A stretch of DNA of 64,000 bases from contig NW_003314358.1 of assembly GCF_000143415.4 (NCBI RefSeq), positions 72,001 to 136,000 of the forward strand. The letters run 5' to 3'. Below the pieces are notes generated by a model. The model was not told the origin of the DNA, searched no databases, and was given only the letters and a program-made list of their open reading frames with translations. The DNA comes from Selaginella moellendorffii (taxonomy: Eukaryota > Plantae > Lycopodiophyta). Position 1 is the first letter of the stretch. Every line of letters starts with the position of its first letter. Shown in pieces: positions 23,909 to 35,407 of the stretch. The position numbers and the translations under genes are program-made.

Positions 23909-26092
23909 TTGCTATGTTCAAGTTTAATATTTGAAATTTGAAATTGAAATTTAGGGTTAGCATTTGAATTGAATTTGAAATTTTAAAATATTTTAAAACA
24001 TGTTCGAATGCTATTTTGAAGACATTTTAAAGTAAGTCAAGTGCGAAGTCACTAGTGTTTTACGTTAAATTTTTACCACAAAAACTTATGCAGGTGGGAA
24101 TGAAAATGTTTTAAAATGCATACTTAAAGCTTAAAACAACTTAAAAACTACTTAAGTGCGAATGCAATAGTCACAAAAATTAAAATATACGTTTTAAAAT
24201 ATTTTTATATAAAGCACAGGTGCAAATGGCTCCACTGTCTCACGAAAATAACATTAGCTACTATATCTGGCTGCTAATGGTGGATAAATAAAGCAACTGT
24301 GAAATGATTGATTTGTCATTTCTCCCGCTTGGTCTGATATAGTGCTATTGATGTTTGGTGTACATGAAGTAAGTGTTGAGTAAGGTAGTGGTGAACTTAT
24401 TGATGGAGGAAATTTTATTGCTTAAGCTTTGTTATGTGTAACTTGCATACCAATTAATTTGCCATGTTAGTCAAGGTTAGTTATGTTTGCCATGCACCCA
24501 CTGCAAGCTCCAAATGGATTCTATCTAGGGGACTCAAAAAAAGAATGCAAACAATTTTTGCAGAAAACATGAGTAAGGAACATCCTTCGTGGGGCACAAT
24601 ACACTTCAGTTTAAATGCTTCTACCAGTCCCTTAGGATTATTCCTTGACTCTACTTGAGTCATCCAACTTTTTGGACTTTGCTAATCCAATAACCCATAA
24701 GATCCCACTTTTGAGGTGTTAGCTTGCTAGAATACAACCTATTGTATTCATGTTTTACTCATAAGAATCATCTTTGCAAGTGTTACTCCAACACTTAATT
24801 ATTTTCTGTTTCTTATGAGCTACCTTTGCTTCTTATGACTATTCGTCTATATAATAAGAATACCAACTCATCCTTTAAGCATATCCCCAACTCCTTAGAT
24901 TTGTTCTAGCATTTATAAAAGATATGCCCTACTACCATTTCAAAGACTTATATCCTCATTCATATTTGACCTTCTACGGTCTTTAATTTTGGTCTTAAAT
25001 TCATGAATATCAACTTCAACTATATGAGGGTAGTTTTATGACTCCTTTATTGTTTTGGAGTCTCTATTTTCCTCGTGATCCCAACTATAGTTGTTTACCA
25101 CAACTATCTTAGCCAGTTTGCTAAGTCAAACACTCATCTGGATCACATCCTCAACTCTCCAAAGAAACTCTTATATTGTTCCCAAGATCCCAAAGTCATT
25201 CTATTATTGGCTCTTTTCTATCAACCATCTCGCCTACAAGTTCACACATGAATTGTAGTGTAGAGCCATGTCTTCCCGACTTGCTACTCCTCAAGGATAA
25301 GCCCACTCCTAGGACCTTTCGATGCCAACACCAATGGTGATATACTTGAGCACTTATAAAAGTCAGACTAAGGAACAGCTCTGATACCAAATTGTAAGCG
25401 ATTAATTTTTCCATTATACTTTAGTCACTTAACCATACTTCCAACCACTTGGAGGAGTCTCATTCACAACTTCTATAAGTCTAATTCAGGACTTAGGGCT
25501 TGCTAGCCCTGAGAATGGCATCCATGCCACTCAACCTTTGCACTTGGTCTAAGTGCTCCACGTGTCCAATCCCATAATCGACACCCCAAAGTACCACCGA
25601 CATACCAGCCCATTAACCCTGTGATATCCCAATGGGGAAGGTTGTTCCCAATATCCCAATATCCCAAACAGCCCATTAAGTGAAATATCCCAATATCCCA
25701 ATATCCCAATGGGTGAATGGGCTGGTAAAGCCAAACCTTCCTGGGCCAAATTGGCCTTTCTTGGCCAAACTAGCTCCACTGGAGTCCTCCCCCCTTACTA
25801 TACTTTTGGAGCTCACCAAACCCCTCAGGGTCTGGGAGACGAACGCTTTGAGCTTTTACCCTCGGACTCGGACTCGGACTTGGACTTGGACTCGAGCTCG
25901 GACTCGGACTTGGACTCGAGCTCGAACTCGGACTCAGACTCGGTCTCAGTCTCAGTCTCGGTCTTGGCCTCGGCCTTGGTCTCATTCTCAGTCCCAATCT
26001 TGGTCTCAACCTTGGACTCCATCTCAGGTCCTTCTCGGACTCCATCTTGGTCCATCTCAGACTTCATCTCGGGTCCATCTCAGACTCCATCT

Positions 26093-27213
26093 TGTAAGGA
26101 ACAAACTCCCCGAGGTGTCGTAGGTTAAAGGATCCCTGAAAGCATGACCAAAATGATTGAGATCGAGTCCAAAACCGACTCGGAGACCGAGTTCGAGATA
26201 GAGTCCGAAATCGAGTCCGAGGCCGACTCGGAGACCGAGTTCAAGACCGAGTTCGAGATGGAGTCTGAGATCCGAAATTGGGTCCAAGACCGAGTCCGAG
26301 GTCAAGTCCGAGGTCGGGTCCGAGATCGGGTCCGAGATCGAGTCCAAGATCAAGTCTGAGACCGAATCCGAAGTCGGATCCGAGATCGAGTCCGAAATCA
26401 AGCCAGAGACTGAGTCCGAGTACTAATACGGGTGAAGGGGTGAAAGCCCAAAGCGTGCATCTCCCGGGGGGGGGGGGGCTGCAGGGGGTTCCAAAAGTAT
26501 AGTAGGGATAGTGAGGTCCAGGAACCAGTTTTGAAGGAACTCTCCAGTGGGGCTTCCAAACTGACTTGAGGTTGGGACTGAGACCGAAGGGCCTTGGGTG
26601 GGAGTGAGCATGGACATGGTTGGTGCCGGAGAGGCCATCCAAGGAAGTGCTCAAGAGCAGCTCCCACTCCCGAAAGGGAAACCGACTATGGTGCTCCTGG
26701 CTCATGTGGAGTGGTGCCCCACTTGAGTACCATGCGGCTCATTGGTCCTCGCCCTTCCTAGGGGCTTGGACCTTCCCTTTGGGATGGAAGTGGGGGGGTA
26801 GAGGTACCCATACCGGGCCGTTAGGCCATAGTGTTTCGCCCCGGCATCCCGAAGCAAGTGTTGCACCCAAGACTTGGGATTTAAAGGGTCCCATGATCAA
26901 GTCTTGTGGTACCAAGGGATGTTAGGAACCTGGAAGCTTGGTGTGCTTGGCTGCTTATGCTTGTGGGGAGTGTAGCCGAACCTTAAGTCTAGTCTAACCC
27001 GGGGAGGGGGATTGGGAGAGATTTGGGAATCCGTGGATGGATGGCTAACACTCCGTTGCTCGTGCAGTGAGTAGCTGAAACCAAGTAGGACCAAGTAGGA
27101 GCTGGTACCATAGGCGGGAACCTTGGCGAAGGAACTTAGCAAAAGCCAAGGCAGTGTTGGACGGATAGACGAGGTAAGATGGCAAATTGGAAAGGAAAAA
27201 TTTGTGGTTTACA
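26093..27213 (+). repeat. 5' LTR
   Basis: TGTAAGGAAC...GTTTACA, followed by the PBS. Near-identical to 31419-32551. Confidence 0.95.
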
Positions 27214-27272
27214 ATTTGGTATCGGAGCTTTTTCCTCAGTTCTAGCAAAGGATAAAGGCAGATTGCTAGGAG

Positions 27273-30200
27273 ATGGCAAAGGCAGGGCGGAAGCGAACTA
27301 AGGCGGGGACGGAACCTCCTCCAGAGTTGGAGCCTCCGGTCGAACAAGAGACTATAGATAAGGAATCTTTGCATGAGGAGGACTCCAGTGAGGAAACTTC
27401 CAAACAGGAGTTTGGTGGTGAGGTTCGGTCGTCCAAGGCTTGATTGGACGTTCTAGAAGGACAATTGGCATAGACCAATGCCCTGCTGGAGACTCTCGTG
27501 CGCAAGCTAAAGTGTGACGAGAAGTGGAAGAAAAGGCAAAAGACTGCGGATGCTAGCAGCGTAGAAGGTGTGGACCCTTCGGCAGGGACTAAGGCAAAAC
27601 CAGACAAAGTCGAATAGACCGAAGTGGAATCAGTCCCACAAGCAGTGCCCAAGTACAAACCAAAGCCCCCACCGGTCTTCAAGGGAGTGAACGACTATAA
27701 GGTGGTGGAAGATTGATTTTATGATATGGAGGACTACTTTTGAGTGTTGCGGTTACTGAGCTCGGAGAAGGTCCCATATGCAAAACCATACTTGGCAGAT
27801 AATGCCAAGTCTTGGTGGAAAACGACGGAGGCTAACGAAGGACCGGTGGCCACTTGGGACATGATGAAGGCGAGGATCCGCGCAACATACGTTCCTCCGA
27901 ATGCCACTCTGCATCTAAGAGATGAGCTGAGTAGGCTGAAGCAGACTAGAACCATCCAAGAGTATGTGAATGGGTTCATGGCAAAGAGGATACTTGTCAC
28001 GGACATGGGGGATATGGATGCGTTCCATGCCTTCATATCAAGTTTGCAAACCTGGGCTCGCGGTGAGGTGATGCGCTGGAACTCGACCCATTACAAGAAA
28101 GTGTTGGATGCGGCCATCAAGGTGCATTTCAACGATAACCTGCGAAAGGGGAACGCGATGGGGTCGGGATCCATATTTAGCAAAGGGGCCAAACCAAGGG
28201 AAATTGATAGCAAAGGGAAATTCAAGAAGAGTTTCTCTAAGAATGAGTCCTCGAGGTTCCAGAAGGGCAAATCCGGTGGCCAGCGAGCAAGTACATGGGG
28301 GAGTCCAGCAAAAAGAGACAAACCCACGGATAAGAAGGTCAAGTCGTTTAGCACCGTGAGAAACAACGTATGCTACAACTGCAGTGAAGCGGGACACTTT
28401 TCGAGGGAATGTCCCTACCCGAAGAAGGCCAGAGCCAATATAGCTATTAAGTCGGGTGAAGTCCAAACTGAAGTATGTGATCTAGTCCCTAGCTCAAAGT
28501 TACTCATTACACGAACAACTTTGGTAGAGAGTTGTTCGCGACATCTACTAGCCCTCTGAGGGAAGCTCGGGGGTAGCTTTGTTAAGATCCTTATTGACAC
28601 GGGTGCTTCGGATAATTTTGTGGCTGCAGACATAGTCCGGCAAGCCGGACTAATGGTGTAGCAGCTGGGTGAACCAAGGACTATAGAGTTTGTTCAAGGT
28701 AGCCAAATCACCGATGAGGTACTTCGACAAGCGAGAGTCGAAGTAGGGACTTGGATAGTAGACATGAACTTCACCGTATTGGACATGGCGGGATTTGACG
28801 TGATCTTCAGGATGGATTGGTTCAATCGGTTCGTGGTAGCCCTACATGGACAAGGTAGGAACCTTGTGGTACTAGCGAATGCCCAAGGAAGAAGATCCAA
28901 GGTGGAGGCCTAGGATCTAAAGGTAGGGCAATGCAAGGCCAAAGATTCGTGCCTAAACCTGGTGTCCATGAGAGGACAATTCACTAAAGGGACCAAGGCT
29001 GCATTTTTGTGCTTACTCTCGGTGAGAAGTGACAAAAAGACTGGAACGGAAGAAGTACCTTTAGTGATCCAGTGGGTGTTGGACCAATTCCAAGATACCA
29101 TGCCAGAGGAGCTACCGGCGGGATTACCCCCGCACGACCGATAGAACATAAGATTGAGCTGGTTGAAGGTGCTGAGGTGGTGGTTCATCCCCCCTATCGT
29201 TTGAACGAAAAAGAACTTGCGGAGCTCGAAGTGCCAATTAAAGGAGCTGGTGGACAAAGGGTATGTTCGGTTGAGCAAGTCGCCGTATGGGGTGCCGATG
29301 TTATTTGTGAAAAAGAAAGATGGATCTATGCACATGTGCATAGACTACTGGTTGCTCAACAAATATACAAAGAAAAACAAGTACCCTTTACCAAGGATTG
29401 AAGACCTGTTTGATAGGTTGGGAAAAGCAAAATACTTTTCGAGGATTGACCTAAGGTCAGGATACTACCAGATCAGGGTAGCAGAGGAAGATGTCGAGAA
29501 GACAACCTGTCGAACGAGGTATGGGAGCTTCGAGTTTCTGGTGATGCCCTTCAGGCTATGCAATGTGCCGGCAACGTTTTCGGCGTTGATGAACCATATC
29601 TTTGTACCCTATTTGGATCACTTTGTGGTCGTCTATATTGACGACATCTTGATCTATAGTGAAACGCTAGAGGAGCATGCCAAACACTTGATGAAAGTGT
29701 TTGAGAAATTAAGGGAACACCAACTGTATGCTAAAGAGAGCAAATGTGACTTTGCTCAACAAAAGGTAAAGTTTCTCGGGCATGTGGTGGGCAAGGACGG
29801 GCTCAAAGTGGACCTTGAGAAGGTCCAAGCAATCTAGGATTGGGGGCGACCATCAAATGTACACGAGTTAAGGGCATTCCTGGGGCTATGCAACTACTAT
29901 CGAAAGTTTATCAAACACTATTCGAGAGTAACCCTACCCTTAACGGACCAAACGGGAAAAGGAAAAATGGTATGGACAGCGGAATGCGAGGTGGCATTCG
30001 TCCACCTCAAAGGGAAGTTGAGGAAGGCTCCCGTGCTGGTGTTACCAAACTTTGGTAAGGACTTTGAGGTAGAAACGGATGCTTCAAACTTTGTGTTGGG
30101 CGCAGTTTTGAAGCAAGACAACCATCCAGTAGCGTTCTTCTCGAAGAAGTTGGACAAGGCTCAATGGAAGTGGCCTGCCCATGAGAAGGAATTGTTTGCG

Positions 30201-31015
30201 GTGGTCAAGGCACTCAAGGAGTGGCGACACTACCTTGGGAGACACTTCAAGGTTTACACGGACAATGTGGCAACGAAACACTTCTTGTCACAGCCCGACC
30301 TAAGGGGAAAACAAGGTCGGTGGGCCAATGCTTTGGCCGAGTTTGATTGCGAGATTCTGTACAAGCCTGGGAAGAGCAACATCATGGCAGATGTGCTAAG
30401 TCGAAAAGCGAGCTTGAAGTTGGCGATATCTAGCGCGACAGCAACCTTTTGGGATGATGTGCGGACCGCATATAAGAATGATGGTCTAGCACAAGAAGTG
30501 TTGCTGAGGAATCTAGAGGCACAGAAAGCTCACCAAGAACCTCAGGCTACCAAGTGGGATCAGCCGGAAGTTGACTCAAAAATTAAAATGCATGTATTCC
30601 TGTAAATGAATTGATCTTGAGTTCCTTAAGTAGGTTCGCGGGGCCTTACGAGATTGAGGCTCGAATCGGTAAAGTGGCTTACCGTCTCCAACTTCCTCGA
30701 GAGATGGGGAAGATGCATCCCGTGTTCCACGTGAACTTACTCAAGCCGTATTTTGAGGATCCGTTTCGCAAGGACCAAGTAAGACCTTTACCTGAGGTTA
30801 TCCAAGGGGAAGAGGAATACGAAGTCAAGGCCATCCTCAATGCGCGCAAAAGCAAGCGACAAGGACGCAAGGTGAGAGAGTACCATGTGAAGTGGAAAGG
30901 ATTTCTACACTATGAAGCAACATGGGAACCGGAGAAGAACCTAGCGAACGCGCGAGATCTAGTGGAGGAATTTCTGCAAGGCAGAACTCTATGTACTTAT
31001 GCAAAGTTCAATTAA
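27273..31015 (+). pseudogene. gag-pol: Gag, CCHC knuckle, protease, RT, RNase H, GPY/F module and chromodomain
   Basis: CYNCSEAGHFSREC, LIDTGAS, YIDDIL, ETDASNFVLGAVL, FAGPYEI, YEVKAIL..VKWKGF..ATWEPEKNL. Several premature stops. Confidence 0.93.
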
Positions 31016-31418
31016 AAGTATCAATTTGAGAAGTTGAGCAATGGCATATGTTAGGACCCGAAGGCACGCCGAAGGTAAATTAATTAGCATGGGTTAGCTA
31101 GGTCGACCAGGCATAGGGAACTACGCTCGACTCCCTGCGGGGATATCGAATCCATAAATGTATTCTACGGAGGTTGGGTTCGAGTCCCAACCCCCTAGTA
31201 AAGCAAGGCTGGGTTCAAGTCCCAACCCTATACTAGGGCATGGTGAGGTGAGGAGTATAGGGACACTTATATTCCGTTGTCATGGGCTCTTGGCCGGGGA
31301 GGCTAACTTAGGCACACTGCTAAGTGGGGGGATGCCCCCGGAGACATGGTCAACAAGTCATAGGATAAAAAAGAGATGTTCGATGTGGGCATCGAACTTT
31401 TTCTATGAGTGGTGGAGT

Positions 31419-32551
31419 TGTAAGGAACCAACTCCCCGAGGTGTTGTAGGCTAAAGGATCCCCAAAAACATGACCAAAATGATAAAGAGTTCATCGGATG
31501 GGACCGAGTCTGAGATCGAGTCCAAGACCGACTCGGAGACCGAGTTCGAGATAGAGTCCGAAATCGAGTCCGAGGCTGACTCGGAGACCGAGTTCGAGAC
31601 GGAGTCCGAGATCCGAAATCGGGTCCGAGACCGAGTCTGAGGTCGAGTCCGAGGCCGGGTCCGAGATCGGGTCTGAGATCGAGTCCGAGATCGAGTCCAA
31701 GACCGAATCCGAAGTCAGAACCGAGATCGAGTCCGAGATCGAGCTAGAGACTGAGTCCGAGTACTAATATGGGTCAAGGGGTGAAAGCCCAAAGCGTGTG
31801 TCTCCCAGGGGGGGGGGGGGGCTGCAGGGGGTTCCAAAAGTATAGTAGGGATAGTGAGGTCTAGGAATCAGTTTTGAAGGAACTCTCCAGTGGGGCTTCC
31901 AAACTGACTTGAGGTTGGGACTGGGACCGAGGGGCCTTGGGTGGGAGTGAGCATGGATGTGGTTGGTGCCGGAGGGGCCATCCAAGGAAGTGCTCAAGAG
32001 CAACTCCCACTCCCGAAAGGGAAACCGACTACGGTGCTCCCGGCTCATGTGGAGTGGTGCCCCACTTGAGTACCATGCGGCTCATTGGTCCTCGCCCTTC
32101 CTAGGGGCTTGGACCTTCCCTTCGGGATGGAAGTGGTAGAGGTACCCATACCGGGTCGTTAGGCCACGGTGTTTCACCCCGGCATCCCGAAGCAAGTGTT
32201 GCACCCAAGACTTGGGATTTAGAGGGTCCCATGATCAAGTCTTATGGTACCAAGGGATGTTAGGAACCTAGAAGCTTGGTGTGCTTGGCTGCTTATGCTT
32301 GTGGGGAGTGTAGCCGAACCTTAAGTCTAGTCTAACCCGGGGAGGGGGATTGGGAGAGATTTGGGACTCCGTGGATGGATGGCTAACACTCCATTGCTCG
32401 TGCAGTGAGTAGCTGAAACCAAGTAGGACCAAGTAGGAGCTGGTACCATAGGCGGGAACCTTGGCGAGGGAACTTAGCAAAAGCCAAAGCAGTGTTGGAC
32501 GGATAGACAAGGTAAGCTGGCAAATTAGAAAGGAAAAATTTATGGCTTACA
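31419..32551 (+). repeat. 3' LTR
   Basis: Follows the PPT, ends CTTACA and is followed by TSD CATCT. Confidence 0.95.
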
Positions 32552-32907
32552 CATCTCAGACTCCATTTCTATCTATCTCAGACTCCATCTAGGACTCCAT
32601 CTCGGGTCCATCTTGGACTCCATCTCGAACTCCATCTTGGTCCATCTCGGACTCTATCTCAGGTCTATTTCAGACTCCATCTCGGGTCCATGTGTTGATC
32701 CTCTTGTGTCCCTTTTCTAGAGACTCTCTTATTGCTCGTTTCATGCTCATTCCTTGAGCACTCCGTTGGGAGTTCCACTCCCACTCTCAACCTTTCAAGT
32801 CGGAGCTTTTAGTCCAATAATGTTACGCTTGTTTGGCTTTCGTTTCGGCCACTACCACATGGCACCCTTTCGGCTCCACTTTAGGGCTTAGGGATTTGTG
32901 TCTCACA

Positions 32908-33594
32908 CTAGGGTCTGGGAGACAAATGCTTTGGGATTTCACCCTCAGACTCAGAGTCGAACTTGAATTCGGACTCAAACTTAGACTCGAACTCAAACTT
33001 AGACTTGGACTCAAACTTGGACTCAGTCTCGGTCTTGGTCTTGGTCTTGGCCTTGATCTTGGACCTGGTCTTGGTTTCCATCTTGGACTCAATTTCGTGC
33101 TCCATCTCAGACTCCATTTTGGACTCCCTTTCAGACTCCATCTCGGACTCCTTTTGGACTCCATTTTAGACTCTTTCTTGGACTCTATCTTAGGTCTATA
33201 TTGGACTCCAACTTGGGCTCCATCTTAGACTCCTTCTTAGACTCCATCTCGGGTCCATCTTAGGTTTATTTTGGATTCCAACTCAGACTCCATCTCAGAC
33301 TTCTTCTCGAACTCTATCTCAAGTCCATCTTAGGTCCATCTTAGACTCTTTCTCGGACCCTATCTCAAAATATATCTCAAGTCCATCTCGGACTCTAACT
33401 CAAACTCCTTCTTAGGCCCATCTTGGACTCAATCCTAACACTTCTATTTGTCATGTGTTGGTCTTCTTGTGTCTTGTTTCTAGAGGCTCACTTATTGATT
33501 GCTTTATGCTCATTCCTTGAGCACTTCTGCTTCAGCTACTACCACGTGGCACCCTCTCGACTACACTTTGGGGCTTAGGGATTTGTGTCTTATA
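32908..33594 (-). mobile_element. Partial type A LTR
   Basis: Matches 7535-8371, including the repeat array and the terminal ..GGATTTGTGTCTTATA. Confidence 0.75.
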
Positions 33595-33595
33595 A

Positions 33596-34460
33596 AGGAT
33601 CCCATGATTAAGTCTTGTTGTATTAAGGGATGTTAGAAATCTAAAAGCTTTGTATATTTGACTACTTATGCGTATAGGGAGTGTAGCCGAACCTTAAGTC
33701 TAGTCTAACCCAAGGAGTAGTACTCAAATGGGGCACCACTCTACATAAGTTGGGAGCACCACAATTTGTTTCCCTTCTGGGAGTTAGAGTTACTCTTGAG
33801 TACTTCCTTGGGAGGCCTCCCTAGCCTTCCCCGAGTCCATGTTCACTCCCACCCAAGGCCACTAACCCTCAGTTTTAACCTCAACTCAATTTAGAAGCAT
33901 TGTTGGAGAGGTCTAGAATGTTAGCCATCCATCCACAAATTCCCAAATTCTTTCGCAATCCCCCTTCCCCGGGTTAAACTAGATTTAAAGTTTGGCTATA
34001 CTCTCTATAGGTATAAGCAACTAAGCACACCACTTCCAGGTTTTTAACATTGCTTGGTACAATAAAATTTGATAATTGGACCCTCTATATCCCAAGGAGC
34101 ACAAATGAGCCACATGATACTCAAATGGGGCACCACTTCATATGAGTCAGGAGCACCATAATCAGTTTGCCTTTTAGAAGTGGGAGTTACTCTTGAACAC
34201 TTATTTGGGAGGCTTCTTTAGCACCCCCCAAATCTATACTCACTCCCACCCAAGGCCACTAACCCCCACTCTCAATCTCAACTCATTTTGGAAGCACTAT
34301 TGGAGAGTTTCGGGAGCACCATCAATTTTCCTTCCGGGAGTGGGAGTTGCTTTTGAGCACTTTCTTAGGAGGCCTCTTTAACACACTCTGAGACCATATT
34401 CACTCCCACTTAAGGCCACTAATCCCTAGTCCTAACATCAACTTGATTTGGAAGCACTGT
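33596..34460. repeat. Scrambled type C LTR fragments in both orientations
   Basis: Pieces match 26520-27060 forward and reverse. One sub-block is repeated about three times. Confidence 0.7.
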
Positions 34461-34480
34461 TAATGTAATGCACTTTATCT

Positions 34481-34820
34481 CTCTCCCCTTCAACCAATTA
34501 AAAAATGGGCAATTTCTTGATGAGAAAGCCTTTAGTAGTTATTATCCTCATTTATCCCCTAAAGTCTAAGGATCCACGGTAATATTATATCTTAATTTCA
34601 TACTATAATCACATATGTTACACTCACTAGTCTTTCAGAAATATCAATAAACTCTCCCCTTCAACCAACTAAAAAAGAGGCAATTGCTTGATGAAAAAAC
34701 CTTTTGGCTATTTTATCCCCATTTATCCCCTAAAGTTCTAAGGATTTATGATGACAATATATCTAAATCTCATCCTATAATCATATATGTTACATTCATC
34801 ACTCCTTCAAAGATATCAAT
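34481..34820. repeat. ~171-bp tandem duplication with a partial third copy at ~35143-35225
   Basis: CTCTCCCCTTCAACCAA..ATTTATCCCCTAAAG units start at ~34481 and ~34652. Confidence 0.75.
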
Positions 34821-35407
34821 GCCCTCATTGGTTATTGACTAACAACCCTTACTAAGCTAAGGGGAATTAACACCTTCATTTCTGGGTTGAATCTATTAGT
34901 CCTTCTATTGTGTAGACTAACTATTCCATATGAGTCCTATACCACAGTCCTTTGGTGGATACTTTCGTTTGTGAATACTCCATAAGAGGAAGGATGTACA
35001 TATGGATACCAATGCATACAATTTTAAATTTACGGGTAGGAATAAATTTTACTCAAATGTATATTATGTTTTAAATAGATTTTAATAAATGGGAATCAAA
35101 TTGTGCCATTTACTTTGATACCACATGTAACACACTCTATCTTTCTCCCCTTAAGCCAAAAAGTAATTAATTTATGAAAAAGCCCTTAATGGTTATTTTA
35201 TCCCCATTTATTCCCTAAAATTCCAGGTATGCAAAGCATACATTTGTGAATACATTTGACAAATGCATTCATGAACACATTCAACTTGCACCACCAGCCC
35301 TAAAAAAATATAAAAGATAACATAAAAATTTAAAATTTTCTTTTTGTTTACGATTGTGAGTGTGAGCAATAGGGCACTAAAGGGATCATAGTTTAGCATT
35401 GTGAGCA

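Larger units (their letters stand above)
20580..24233 (+). mobile_element. PIF/Harbinger-superfamily DNA transposon, full length, inactivated
   Basis: Perfect 17-bp TIRs GGAGCCATTTGCACCTG (20580-20596; inverse 24217-24233) and 3-bp TSD ACT on both sides. Encodes a Myb/SANT protein and a DDE transposase. Confidence 0.92.
26093..32551 (+). mobile_element. Ty3/Gypsy chromovirus LTR retrotransposon (type C), complete ends, integrase core deleted
   Basis: LTRs TG..CA at 26093-27213 and 31419-32551. TSD CATCT at 26088-26092 and 32552-32556. PBS TGGTATCGGAGC at 27217-27228. PPT GAGTGGTGGAG just before 31419. Confidence 0.95.
24600..32907 (-). mobile_element. Type A Gypsy remnant whose 5' LTR (25393-32907) is split by the nested complete element
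   Basis: PBS reverse complement GCTCTGATACCA at 25378-25389. LTR runs TGTAAG.. (25393) to ..TCTCACA (32907). The repeat array continues across the insertion. Confidence 0.75.
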
